Part shown: one piece after another, positions 49,724-64,000 of the stretch | How the letters are laid out: every line of letters begins with the position of its first letter | Numbering within the stretch: the stretch's first letter is position 1 | Notes under the pieces: model-generated | Seen by the model: only the letters and a program-made list of their open reading frames with translations | The model's database searches: none | Told to the model about the DNA's origin: nothing | Origin: Eledone cirrhosa | Taxonomy: Eukaryota | Length of the DNA stretch: 64,000 bases | Direction of reading: 5' to 3' | NCBI GenBank assembly: GCA_964016885.1 | Contig: OZ024751.1 | Location: 35,960,001 to 36,024,000 of the forward strand | Position numbers and translations under genes: made by a program

Positions 49724-49938
49724 AGAAAATGCGAAGTAGTTTCAGATGTTAAAGTCCTTTCATGATAATGCTGTGATACATATTTCAATGACGACAGTGG
49801 ACACACGATTCCGTGTACCCAGTGCCGTGACATCATCAGACAGCTTCTTACATAATAGGGTTATGTTCCCGAGGCAATCCAAATTGAAGCGACAAGGGGA
49901 CGGAGAAAGCGTGTGTTCTTGAATCCTTCGCCCTTTTC

Positions 49939-49942
<4 letters not shown>
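49721..49942 (-). mobile_element. Family D HHR element between (TA)n tracts
   Basis: Unique ~220-bp island bounded on both sides by (TA)n, containing the HHR at 49770-49844. Confidence 0.6.
49770..49844 (-). ncRNA. Type I hammerhead ribozyme (family D, long stem II)
   Basis: Minus strand reads gctgt-CTGATGA-tgtcacggcactgggtacacg-gaat-cgtgtgtccactgtcgtcatt-GAAA-tatgt-ATC-acagc. Perfect 5-bp stem I (gctgt/acagc), ~20-bp stem II with G-U pairs and two C-C mismatches, AUC triplet. Confidence 0.85.
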
Positions 49943-50005
<63 letters not shown>

Positions 50006-50064
50006 CATATATATATATATATATACACATATACATATATATATATATATATACATACACACAT

Positions 50065-50117
<53 letters not shown>

Positions 50118-50138
50118 TAGAGAGAGATATACATATAA

Positions 50139-50240
50139 TTGTTTCTACTTTAGGCACAAGTCCATCAATTAACCAGTGCATTACTGGTACTTTATTTTAT
50201 CGACCCCGTAAGGATGAAAGGCAAAATCAACCTCGGCGGG
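50139..50240 (-). mobile_element. 5'-truncated SINE with TSD
   Basis: Core plus tail only. atacatataat flanks both sides. Confidence 0.85.
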
Positions 50241-50912
50241 ATACATATAATGTTTCTAATTAGCATTAACCCTATTAATTCTATTATAACCAGCAATAAC
50301 CTCTACCAATATTATATTATATTGTACAATATTTATAGACATACCTGCAATATATACACACACATATATATATAGAAGTTACGTTACAACATGCGTTAAT
50401 ACGTGATTAAAACTCTGCATCTCTGGTATAAACAAAATACCTTTAGAAAAACCAATTATTTAAAACAATATATTCTAATTTCCTATGTACAATATCATAT
50501 TTCTTCTATTAATATTGAGTGTAATACAAATTAATAACATTTAAATGGTAAGCCAGATATATAGCTTCCATTGTATAGGATTTCTTTGAATAGAATTATT
50601 ATCTTAAGCGACCTTGTAATATAATGATGAGAGTCTCTTTCTTTCATTCAATAAATACATCTATTTTCCCCATAGAATTGAGTGCCTTAAAAAAAGACAA
50701 GAAAATTGAATATGCAAGCAAAGAAATTTGTTTCCATTAATTTGGTAGAAAGATAATAATATCAATAATAATAATAATACACCCCACCCCACATATATAT
50801 ATATATAAGTTGCCTATATTATAACGAGAAACATTTTTAGCAGAAAATCCTTATTTAGGGGAATATTATAATGAAATATAATAGAGTAAAATGATTGAAT
50901 ATTCTCTCTCTG

Positions 50913-51567
<655 letters not shown>

Positions 51568-52256
51568 GCATATATATCCATTGACTTTATGAGAGGTATA
51601 TAAAAATCGTATATTTTCAAGCAAAGATACTTGTAAAAACATTTTTTCAAACTTAGCAAAGCTAAGATAATTTCTTTCAGTCGCATTCTTCATATAAGTA
51701 ATTCAGAATATATTCATAGATTTTTTAATACGATTATCACTTATTGTGTGATTTCCATACTCTTGTTTGTAATCACGTATACATACACACACCACATATG
51801 TATATGAATGCATGTGTTTATGTAGAGGATATACTCTATCATGCCTCTCTACTTGTATATATATCAGTCTTTATATATATATATATATATATATAGCATA
51901 TGAATGAGATGCTTTTAAACTTACTCATGTATATACCTGAATAGTTAGAAAGAATCGGTTTTTACACAACTCCATGAATAGCGACAGCATCCTCTCCCCT
52001 AACTTACTTAGATACATACAACACCAAAAACACATTACATTCAATGCCTATTTCAGTAGTAATAGGATATGGAATAAAATATTGTAAACATATTTAATGA
52101 TACCAAATAAACTCTATTCTAATTTTTGTGTAGGAACAATAACCACAACAACAAGAATAAATAAGGACGGCAAATTGGAAAAAAAGGAAGGAGAGTTAGG
52201 GTGGTGGAACATTGGCAGAGACCAGTACAAAAACATAAAAATGTAAGACCACACAA

Positions 52257-52344
<88 letters not shown>

Positions 52345-52369
52345 CATGTGTTGGGGGTAAATGCAGTTA

Positions 52370-52460
52370 AAATGTACTCAATACATTGGTAGAGTAGGAA
52401 TGTATATTGTATTCCTGATGATTTCATACAATGAAAAACAGTTCTAGATCCTCAGAAATA
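52370..52460. mobile_element. Degraded family B HHR element
   Basis: gtactcaatacattggtagag (inverted tail) followed by attc-CTGATGA-tttcatacaat-GAAA-aacagttctagatcctcagaaat. Confidence 0.5.
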
Positions 52461-52487
52461 ATATATATATATACGTATATATACATA

Positions 52488-52591
52488 CAGAGTCTCCCCC
52501 AATAATGTATACACACTTCAACAGCATTCTAATAAATATTGCCTCCTGGACAGGTAATCAAAGTGTGTATACATTTTTTGGGAACGCCCTA
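52488..52591. mobile_element. Mariner-type MITE (~100 bp)
   Basis: TA|cagagtctcccccaataatgtatacacactt ... aagtgtgtatacattttttgggaacgcccta|TA. Confidence 0.75.
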
Positions 52592-52592
52592 T

Positions 52593-52631
<39 letters not shown>

Positions 52632-53134
52632 AATATATGCTTATATCCTACACCAAGAGCCCATCAACCTCTCCAGTCCTCTCCATTTCTTTTGTGGTTT
52701 TAGAGTCCTGCGTTTACCCCTCCTTTTCCTCTCATTTCCTCTCTTTCATACCCTTTTCCTCCACTTTCCCACGCAGTCAGATCTGCCCTCCCTTACCCCT
52801 TACAGAAAGCTATACCGTGATATATAAAATATGCATTCTACAAAAATATTTGCGTGCAGATATAAATCTACATTTACATATGCATCTTGAATAACTCATG
52901 TTCCTTGAAATAGGTAGTTAAATAAAATATGTTGTTGTGTTGTGTGCTCCCGTAGTTACCGTACGCTATTGTCTGAGCTCCCTATTCCAGATTTTGTACG
53001 CAGAACAGATTTTAAGATGTCGGGGAACTTGTAACGTGTACTAAATATGGCGCCTGCATTTACATTCTGTCGTCTTTCATACCACTTGTACTGCTACTAT
53101 TGCTTCTGCAACAACAGTTGCAGTACCATTGCTG

Positions 53135-53203
<69 letters not shown>

Positions 53204-53393
53204 TACATAACATAATTGATTAAAGTGTCTTAGAATTGTTGGTTCCAAGCAATTCATCCACGATTAATGGGTTAGCGGTCATGGCGTTATGTTCTTGGTA
53301 AATATAGATTTATTTTGACCAGTAATGGAAGAGAATGGTAAAACTTTCTGATGTTAGTAGTCTTTCAATTGTCATTATTTACGTTAGTAATGC

Positions 53394-53525
53394 GGGTGGT
53401 AGAGTGTCATTATCGGTATTGTCTCCTACAGCATGCCGTACAGCATAGAGTTACGGCTCTTTACGTTCTGAGTTCTAAGCCCATCGAGGTTAGCTTTGCA
53501 TTTCATCCTTACGGGTTCGATGAAA
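53394..53525 (+). mobile_element. SINE, 3'-truncated
   Basis: gcatagagttacggctctttacgttctgagttc...tttcatccttacgggttcgat. Confidence 0.7.
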
Positions 53526-53744
53526 CACACTACCGATATATAAGTGAAGAAAGGCTTTGCACAGAGCCATTCCACTCTCTGAACATCGAATGCATTTACC
53601 CAAAAGAAGAACTGGGCTACATGATTGGATATAAAGGATGTCACAGGTTTTATATCAGTGACCTTCCCCTAGAGATGTCTTAATGAAGACTAGGGGTCTC
53701 TCGCTAAAATATATACATATATATAAACATATGTATATAGATAT

Positions 53745-53836
<92 letters not shown>

Positions 53837-53888
53837 CCCCCCCCCCACTCACCCCCACACACGCACACGCACACACACACACACACAC

Positions 53889-53927
<39 letters not shown>

Positions 53928-53929
<2 letters not shown>

Positions 53930-54218
53930 ATGGTAATGAAAAATGATTATACATGGCGTATAATATTTTTCATTACCATTGCAAGGGGTCTGACGAGCCG
54001 CGAATTACAGAGTCGGGCTAGATCGAACTTTGAGCTAATCAGTGGCGAAACGTGCGTCACCAACCAATAAATGTAACGAAGGAGTAACCAATCGTCCTTG
54101 TTATATTATTTTACTATAATACACTCTGTCTAGCTCTACACCTCGACACGGAAGTGAACCTAAACATCGAATGCTCACCCGAGTGAACCTACAGTAACTC
54201 CAAGTTACACTCCCTGGA
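53928..54218 (+). mobile_element. Family C HHR element with 5' hairpin
   Basis: 17-bp inverted arms at 53928-53944 and 53965-53981, then HHR, AATAAA and a ~150-bp tail ending at (TA)n. The 5' end abuts (CA)n. Confidence 0.6.
53985..54065 (+). ncRNA. Type I hammerhead ribozyme (family C, extended stem II)
   Basis: ggggt-CTGACGA (53990-96), stem II gccgc/gtggc enclosing a ~40 nt insert, GAAA (54047-50), cgtgc, GTC (54056-58), acc. Stem I is ggt/acc plus gg/cc beyond a bulge. Stem III ACGTGCGT is near-palindromic. All catalytic core residues are present. AATAAA follows at 54066-71. Confidence 0.85.
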
Positions 54219-54230
54219 TATATATATATA

Positions 54231-54311
54231 TATTATCCACTCTACTACCCTAAGTATTGAGTACTTTGGTGCGTTATGGTCCACCTGGTTCCTTACCACA
54301 TTTCCTTCGTT
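54231..54311 (+). mobile_element. Family F/G tail fragment between short TA tracts
   Basis: Reverse complement of 30266-30345. Confidence 0.7.
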
Positions 54312-55357
54312 ATATATATATAGCAATAGAGAAATATAGGAAACCATTATTAGTTAAGTAGTGTAAAATTATATTTTTCTAAACATTACACAATACTTAA
54401 CGTTCATCTGATAAATTCTCAAACATTAGAATCTTCTCTTCAAATTCATGAAGTGTGTTCTTGACTGAATATCTAATTTGGTAAATGATTGCAATCATTT
54501 TCCAATATATTCTAGCGTTGCTACTAGCTCTCTATGTTTATAGTATGAAGGTTTAAATGACGGATAATGAATTATGCCAAAATATATACGACGTTCCTGT
54601 TCAAGCATTAGCATTTTCTGAAACAGTTCATTATCTGAATGTAGTTTTATTTATTTAAAGTAAACGATAATTGTTACAATTGGGAACATTCGTATTCGAC
54701 GTAGCTTCGAATTTTAAATACTGGAAATCTTTTGCATAATGATCGAAGAAGAAGGAAAATAATGTAATGAAATGACAAAAAAAAAGAGGAAAAAATCATA
54801 CGATCACACACACATATCATCCCTACACTAAAAATATATTTTTCTGCCTTGCTTGCTGATTAGATGGAAGTTAAGAAAATAGATTAATATTTAAAACATT
54901 TACTGCACAAATTCGAAAGCACGATAAAAATGTAAAAATATGATAAAAAGCGCATTCATAATGACTATAAATTTTAGCCTGAATTTTAAATGGAAATTTT
55001 AGGAAAATAAAACAAACTATTTGTAACAATAGAATACCAATTAGAGGGAATATATACGGAGATTTAAATGAGGAAATAAGTGATTAGCCTGCCTATACTA
55101 CTGAATGTTATGCAACATGGATGCTTACTTACAAATATGTACGCTTAGTAAAGAAGGCTCCATAATGTCTGGAGTCAGTTATGAAATATGTGTGGGAATG
55201 TCTCATTTACATACATGCTTACCAAAATAAGCATATTAACCAGTGATTGATAAAGCAGTGAAGAAATTTCAGTGTAATATGACCAGCAAATATTTTGAGA
55301 TAGTGCCACACTAATAAATTTTCCTTCTCAATCATTTCCAAAACTGGGAATTTGTTT

Positions 55358-55458
<101 letters not shown>

Positions 55459-55871
55459 CACAGAGTACCAAGTAAAATTGAATATATACGAGGATATTAT
55501 TTAATAAAGCCAATATCTAATATGCTGTTTATTTTAACTATTACGCTCAGGGAAGTACACAATCATCATCATCATCACTACCTACACCACTACCTCTTTT
55601 TTTCTGTCCATCTCTCGCTATCTATATATACCTGCATACATACATACATGGCGGCTGCCAACTCGTTTTCGAGTACGGCCACTACTTTATATCCATGTAG
55701 GAGAACCCTTACCGATGCGCTAAACAAGTGTGACTTTTAGTCAGCCAGCGACTCGAAAACTCTGGTACAAATACTACACCTGTGACATACATACATACAT
55801 CCATACATACATACATATAAATACTTATACAGATATCTACATACACCTACATATATACATATGCATATGCA

Positions 55872-55940
<69 letters not shown>

Positions 55941-56140
55941 TAGATAGATAGGTAGATACATACATACATACATACATACATTCACTACTGTGTGTATAGT
56001 ATTAATGAAAGTATAATGCGTTGAAGAATATTAAGTAAGAAAATATTCGATGTAGGTGTAATATATTGAAGAAAAAGCCGACGGTGGTGCAAGATATGTT
56101 TATATAGAACTAAAAAACAAACATTATTTCTGCTAAAAAT

Positions 56141-56194
56141 AAAGTACCAGTAATGCACTGGGTATTTGCTGGCCTTGTGCCTAAAGTAGAAACA
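56141..56194 (+). mobile_element. 54-bp SINE 3' end with 18-bp TSD
   Basis: aaagtaccagtaatgcactgggtatttgctggccttgtgcctaaagtagaaac flanked by attatttctgctaaaaat (56123-40 and 56195-212). Confidence 0.88.
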
Positions 56195-56979
56195 ATTATT
56201 TCTGCTAAAAATCTATTTATTTCTTGGAGGAATATTTTTCTATGTCGATGCAGATGCACTTTTTATGTAGTTGACATGTTTAAAAATCTTAATATGTCCA
56301 TATATATGTTTCTACTAGCATCATATTTTTGATTTATGTTAGATTTCTGCTGATAGCATTAGCGTCTAATTCTGAAACAAAAGCCTTAATACTGATATAA
56401 AAATGCTCGAGGATTTTAAACGAACGTTTTGCGTAGTTATTCATAGGACATCCTATGGGAGAATGTTCCGGAAGCGTTGTTTTATACTGAATTGTGTTTT
56501 GAAAAATCTAGAAAGGTATTAATTAAATGAAAAAAAAAAAAAAATAAATAACGTAAAAATAAAGTCTAGAAAATGTTAGATCGGTCGTCTACCTTTATAG
56601 TGGTTTGTTATTTAATCTATTATTTTGAGGTTTCAAAGAGAACGATCACCTTCCAGGAACAACCTCCACTTCTCTTAATAGGAATATATTGATTCAATCT
56701 AATTTATTTTAACCCCTGTTACACAAATCACAATTTTCATCCTCATAGGAATTTATTGATACTCGTATGCATATTATATTTTTTGTTAGAAATTAGAATT
56801 TTACTTTAAACAACCGGCGTCTGTGAAGCTCTAATTTCCAAATTTAGTGAGCATCGAGGAAATAAATTCAAGAACAGATGTAGGACGCTCAGTTGTAGAA
56901 AATAACTGTAATTACAGTCAGTTGCTAAAACATAGATTAAAAAAATAGGGTAAAGAATATTAGAAACGGGAAAATATTT

Positions 56980-57112
56980 ATTTCTCATTCTATTTTCTGA
57001 TGAAGGACTGGTGTCCGAAATATTAATAATCTCTTTCATCTACACATGGCGTTAAACTAATATATTTCTTCATTGGACTCTATTGCTTGCTTTGCTGTTT
57101 CCGCTTAATTTT
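56980..57112 (+). mobile_element. Family E element (HHR-like)
   Basis: Homologous to the reverse complement of 57588-57715 (shared tctcatt..., gaaa(t/c)(a/g)ttaa, cgttaaactaatata). Confidence 0.5.
56990..57032 (+). ncRNA. Minimal hammerhead-like motif (family E)
   Basis: CTGATGA (56997-57003)-a-ggac-tggt-gtcc-GAAA-tattaata. Core and stem II are clear, stem I is poor. A diverged inverted homologue lies at ~57665-57705. Confidence 0.4.
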
Positions 57113-57123
57113 TATATGCGCGT

Positions 57124-57410
<287 letters not shown>

Positions 57411-57459
57411 CTCTCTATATATATAAGGGAACAAAGAATCAGTGTTGCATCATATGTAT

Positions 57460-57552
57460 ATTTAATTACATATGTTTCACTGCCAATCAGCTCGAGGAAC
57501 GATCGCTTAATGATCGATCCTGACTCTGGAATCGGAAACTCCTCAGATATGT
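57460..57552 (-). ncRNA. Hammerhead-like motif (family C-related, extended stem II, weak stem I)
   Basis: Minus strand reads acatat-CTGAGGA-gtttccgattccagagtcagg...gagctgattggcagt-GAAA-catat-GTA-attaaa. It shares att(c/a)cagagtc(a/g)gg and gagct(g/a)at with the 53990 HHR. Stem III ACATATGT is a perfect palindrome. Confidence 0.55.
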
Positions 57553-57587
57553 GGTCACATGTAGACTCGCGCCTATTTATATATATA

Positions 57588-57715
57588 TTAGGTAAAACAA
57601 CACAGGAGAACGATACAGATCAATGATATTATATATTAGTTTAACGTTTGATATAGTAGGAAAGGTATCTTAACGTTTCAGATCCCAATCCTACATCGAA
57701 AACTAAAATGAGACA
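57588..57715 (-). mobile_element. Family E element (degenerate core)
   Basis: Minus strand reads tctcattttagtttt-cgatgta-ggattgggatct-GAAA-cgttaa...cgttaaactaatata. Confidence 0.45.
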
Positions 57716-58392
57716 TAGAATAGAACTGGAAGGATTGACGAGAATATGATGATTCAGATACAGAAAATAAACTTTTTTTTTTTCACGGGAGAAAAGCACG
57801 TGTGTATTTAGTCAGTGATATATAAAACGGATATATGAAGTGTGATATTTTCTAATGCCTTTGAGGGACAATGAGTGAAAGATGTAACAACAATGGCAGT
57901 AACATTTTAAAAGGATCTATTATAGTTCCATTATATTAAGTTTAAAAGCAACAGTCGAGAACAAGAGGAAAATCTATTATGAATCCCACTTTTCATATTA
58001 CAATATTTTAAATATCATCAAATGACTATTAACAATAATAACACGAAAATGGAACAAAAACTATAACAATCACACCTAGGAAAGTTATGAATATTCAAGT
58101 TGGTTTTAAACTATTATTGCATAAAAGAAATAGCGAAATCATTCAATATTTATCATCGATTTTTCTGTTGATAGTTCATCTTTCTAAGATTTCGTTGGAT
58201 TGTTCCATTTATGTAAAAGAGGAATAGTAAATTACCTCCATAAGAAGCGAATTATGTATACTTACCAGCAAGCATTTATACCGATATATTTTTACCCTGC
58301 AGAATAACGACCTCCTTTACATTCTGAGTGCAAAAGGTGGATGGACTTTCATAAACATACAAATATCAATACATTTATAGAGATATACACTA

Positions 58393-58466
<74 letters not shown>

Positions 58467-58527
58467 ATACTCATTGGGAACTATCATTGCGAAATAAACA
58501 ATAAATACGAAAATACACACACACACG

Positions 58528-58654
<127 letters not shown>

Positions 58655-58674
58655 GTATATGTATATATATACTG

Positions 58675-58705
<31 letters not shown>

Positions 58706-58846
58706 ATGTATGTATTGTGATATTTCGCTCTTAAATGTAATATTTGTAATACTAATGTTCCCGTATAACTTCAAAGTATGTGATAGTGAACCTGCTTATA
58801 TATATAATCACACACACGTCTGTGATTATATATATAAGCAGATTCA

Positions 58847-58894
<48 letters not shown>

Positions 58895-58932
58895 TATGTA
58901 TTGTAATATTACTAAATATAATGTACATATTC

Positions 58933-59000
<68 letters not shown>

Positions 59001-59328
59001 GTATTGTAATATTACTAAATATAATGTAAAGATAAAGTGTGATATTTTGTAGAAGGCATACGATGTCTTTTGAAAGATATAATACTTAATACCATAATGA
59101 TAGGTGAAGTGTTCATTGTTGTTAATGGAAAGAGGTGTTCTGTCTTTTATTTCATACAATGGGATGACAATATCATACATACGCAACCCATTTGCAAGAC
59201 ACACAATTACATATGCAAGTATTAAGATGATGGTTAGCAAATTTATAGAGCTTATATATATATAAGCTGTAGAAATTTCCTAACCATCATCTTAATACTA
59301 TATTATATATATATATATATATATATTT

Positions 59329-59371
<43 letters not shown>

Positions 59372-59501
59372 AGTATGCATGTATACGTACATACATATAT
59401 GTATACAGACGTACAGTAGCATGCACATATATATATATACATATATACATACATATGCATACAGGTACACATACATATATGCACGTATCAGTTTAGCGGC
59501 G

Positions 59502-59558
<57 letters not shown>

Positions 59559-59579
59559 CTATATATATAGGTATAAGGT

Positions 59580-59610
<31 letters not shown>

Positions 59611-59759
59611 CCTTATACTTGCGCCTGTTTTGTATTACATTTGATTCCACAATTCTCTCTGTGTTCAGACACACACGCCCTCTCTCTTCCTCTCTCTCAC
59701 ACAGTCTTCAAGTTATCCCTAGAAAGGCATAACTTGAACCGTTAAGGTATATCATCCTT

Positions 59760-59990
59760 GGTCATGTCAAATATTTATAAAACATTTTGTATTTTATTTG
59801 ATGATAGCATACCAACATTTTTTGGGGGTACCCTTGAAATATATATAATAGAATAAATATGGTTTTATAAATATAGTTACCATTTATTTAATATCAATTG
59901 AATACTTACTCCAGAAATCTGTCTAGTGCTTTGAATCAGTTGTAAACGTCTATATTTGTTGGATTTCCAACAAATTAAACATCTCTTATA
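59760..59990 (+). mobile_element. Second, older copy of the family A HHR element
   Basis: Shares gaaatatatataat..aataaatatggttttataaatatagtt.ccatttatt..atat and the downstream tail with 27283-27704. Ends at a TA-rich tract. Confidence 0.65.
59790..59855 (+). ncRNA. Degenerate family A hammerhead (core C3 to T)
   Basis: tattttat-TTGATGA-...-GAAA-tatat-ATA-atagaata. Stem I is still fully paired despite changes on both strands relative to the 27600 copy. Stem II has decayed. Confidence 0.55.
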
Positions 59991-59998
59991 CATATATG

Positions 59999-60066
<68 letters not shown>

Positions 60067-60555
60067 TACACACTTATATATAGTCATATAACAACGCTTA
60101 TACGTGAAGACGTTTTGGTCGACTCACGGCTTTCACGTGTGAGGTAGATATTATCTGATGTGAAGATAGTCACAGAAACTTCCACCTCTTTATCAGATAT
60201 CTCTTGAAGCTTTTCACTATAGTTTTACAACGTTCAATGGTGGGATATTTCTCTCGTCTGACGTCCATTTAACGTTCTTTTTCCAATTGTGAAATATTTA
60301 GTAATGCAAATCCCAATGAAGCTAATAAAATAAATATCGAATATAGTTCCGTTTTTTTTTTAAAATACCCATTTCCTTCGTTTATTCACACACATACACG
60401 CTGAGACCCAGTGACCCAGAAAGACACACACACACACTCGTTATACATACATACATACATACATACATACATACATACATACATACATACATACATACAT
60501 ACATACATACATAATATATTCAAAATATTAAAACAATCAAATCTTAGTTTAATAC

Positions 60556-60589
<34 letters not shown>

Positions 60590-60984
60590 GTACATGTGTG
60601 TGAAAGATTCGTGTGTATACGCGTGTGTTATCACCAGGGACCAGCCTTATTAAACCTACTACTACTACTACTAGTACAACAACAAACACGAAACTTCCTT
60701 CAAGTTTTGTCATTATTCGTGATTCTGTATATTTGAAATTAATTTCTAGAGGGTAAAAGAGAAAGCAATGAAGAAGATTATATATTTAACTCGATTCTTT
60801 CAGATCTTTCGAAATGGCTTCCATCTATCTACTGATTAACATCTCCTTTGTTCATTAATTAATCGTCAGTAGATTGTAATGATTTAAAGATTGCCTACAA
60901 GCACGAAAAATCACAATCACTTTCACACACATACCCTGTCCTTTGAACAATTCAATTGTTTTATTTCATACCTCAAACTAACCC

Positions 60985-61028
<44 letters not shown>

Positions 61029-61108
61029 ATTTATGAGGGGAGGGGTATTATATTTGTGTGGGGGTGGGTATTTATTATATTTATATATATATATATACAA
61101 ATACACAC

Positions 61109-61172
<64 letters not shown>

Positions 61173-61629
61173 GTGTGTGTTTGTATATATATATATATAT
61201 AAATAATAAACACCCACCTACCCACAGACTCACATATAATATCCCTCACCCTCATATATATATAATTTGTACTTGAACTAATTGCTGAGGTTAGGAAACT
61301 AGAACATCTTTAATATGAAACGCGTTTTAACATTGAATCTTTTAGAAACAAAACCAGAAATTTTGTGACAAATGTTGTGAAAAATTCCTGCAAATCTTCC
61401 AGAATGTAAAACGAGAGATTGACGAGGAATAAATCTACCATACAAACACTGCTCTCTTTCAAGGTTGATACCAATTTTGTATTTCTGATAAGTATTATTT
61501 AGCTTACTAGCCCACTATTAAGAAATGTGTGTGAGTCGTACTGTAGCTAACGTCTTAGCTTGATGTTAAGAAATATGCCATTATGATATTATACAGAAAT
61601 AATCAATCGACCATTCATGAAAAGTTATA

Positions 61630-61985
61630 TGTATATATGGACCTGTAACCCTTGAAGGATTCTTAGGGGCGCCATATTGAAATATGGCATTTCTAGGGCT
61701 TTTTTTATATAACCAGGTGGAGCCCATCTCTTCTCCATGTTTGGATACAGCAGGTTTCTTCTAGAGAAGGAGAGAGCGAGAGAGAGAGAGAGAGAGAGGG
61801 AGAGACAGGGAGAGAGAGAGAGGGAGAGAGGGGAGAGAGAGAATAAAAAGGAGGAAGATATTTAGAGTAAGAATTGACCTCAGTAGTAGTGACCTCAACG
61901 TGATCTAAACTCAGAGAACAGATAGTCGAAACGAATACTGCAAAGCAATCTATCCGACGATCTAACGACACTACCAACTACTGAC
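61630..61985 (-). mobile_element. Degraded SINE with extended 3' flank (paralog of 36670-36995)
   Basis: Direct homology over 61640-61770 and SINE head cgaatactgcaaagcaatctatccgacgatctaacga. Confidence 0.62.
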
Positions 61986-62867
61986 TAAGTTAGATATTTG
62001 GACTACTGTCGTTTTGTATGTACTCCATTGTTTTGTTTCTTCTTTATCAGTAAGTTAATTATGACACAGTCTGTATGAGTCTTTTAACTTTTGCTGACGC
62101 TAACATTTTATGTCGTGGCTGCGGTATTTACAAAACCTATTGGTATATGTCTGGTTGAGTTGTTCTCATAAATGTTTGAATATGCATTAATATTTTCTCA
62201 GACAACTGGCATTATATTTGTAATATTCGCATTAAAAAGGCAGTGGACTGGCAGAAAACAAAGATTTTCGAACCAAATGCCTTTCAGTGTTCTGTTATCT
62301 CACTCAACCTTCGGATTTAAAAATCCATTAAAATTTCCCTTCGTTTTACATCCGTCTGGAGTCGATGGTATGAGTCTAGGCTACTATAATCCATAATAAC
62401 GCTGCTTTAACAATATTCGCTCTTGTGCCGCTCTACAAAAAATAAATCAATATTCTGGCAAATAATGCAATGGTCAATGTGTAACAGCCTATAAAATCGC
62501 TCCAGTAACCGTTCAACATTTATCTTTAGCCGCAAGGGATTGTCACAGTACTCCGGACAATCAAACAGTGTATGCATATAATCCAAGTGCAACAAGACGT
62601 TAAGATAAAATAAACTTTATATTGTACTACAAAAGTATTTATTTGAGATAAATTATCTGCAATATCACCATTATTGAGTTGTTAAAAGGATATTTTCAGG
62701 TGGCAAAGCTTACTGTTGGAAAAAAAAGACAATTTTGTATCATATATGTAATTGTCTTGGGAGAAATCAACCATTCCGAATCATGTTTTGAACTACGTTC
62801 GATAGAAGCTTATCTTTATTATATATGGACGGAGAAATATATTTATGAATCAGCAAATACAGTTACT

Positions 62868-62962
62868 TATATATATATATATACATATATATATACATAT
62901 ATATATATATATACATATATATATACATATATACATATATATACATATATATACATATATAC

Positions 62963-63027
<65 letters not shown>

Positions 63028-63036
63028 CATATATAC

Positions 63037-63067
<31 letters not shown>

Positions 63068-63076
63068 CATATATAT

Positions 63077-63155
<79 letters not shown>

Positions 63156-63204
63156 CATATATATATACATATATATATACATATATACATATATATACAT
63201 ATAT

Positions 63205-63293
<89 letters not shown>

Positions 63294-63302
63294 CATATAT
63301 AC

Positions 63303-63355
<53 letters not shown>

Positions 63356-63376
63356 CATATATATATACATATAAAC

Positions 63377-63425
<49 letters not shown>

Positions 63426-63437
63426 GATATATACATA

Positions 63438-63471
<34 letters not shown>

Positions 63472-63740
63472 CATATATACGTACATATATATATACATAT
63501 ATATATATATACATATATACATATATACATATATATATATATATACATATATATATACATATATACATATATATATATATATACATATATATATACATAT
63601 ATACATATATATACATATATATACATATATACATATATATATAAACATATATATATATATATACACATATATATATATATATACATATATATACACATAT
63701 ATATATATATATATACATATATATACACATATATATATAC

Positions 63741-63782
<42 letters not shown>

Positions 63783-63843
63783 ATATATATACATATATAT
63801 ACACATATATATATATATATACATATATATACATATATATACA

Positions 63844-63879
<36 letters not shown>

Positions 63880-63946
63880 CATATATATATACACATATAT
63901 ATATATATATATACATATATATACACATATATATATATACATATAT

Positions 63947-63995
<49 letters not shown>

Positions 63996-64000
63996 TATAT
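62868..64000. repeat. C-interrupted (TA)n array running off the window
   Basis: Direct reading. Confidence 0.95.

Overview
Very AT-rich, microsatellite-saturated eukaryotic non-coding DNA with no recognisable host protein-coding exon. The SINE motifs and the huge (TA)n/(CA)n/(GA)n load suggest a cephalopod (Octopus) genome; this is an inference. Nearly all listed ORFs are microsatellite artefacts. The only convincing coding remnant is the 3' end of an RTE-clade LINE (26851-27241, minus). The window also holds about 20 tRNA-derived SINE copies (several with TSDs), three Tc1/mariner/pogo-type non-autonomous elements and an interstitial (TTAGGG)n tract. The main hidden signal is a set of short (100-450 bp) islands inside or next to (TA)n/(CA)n tracts that carry type I hammerhead ribozyme (HHR) motifs: CUGANGA core, stem II, GAAA, short stem III with a near-palindromic loop, NUH triplet, stem I. 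By manual folding I find eight near-complete HHRs from at least four sequence families, plus several degenerate or half copies. Many sit in inverted duplications that place an HHR on both strands, and several have unusually long stem II arms. This fits non-autonomous Penelope-like (PLE) or retrozyme-type retroelements that target TA microsatellites. All folds were done by eye and coordinates of degraded repeats are approximate.
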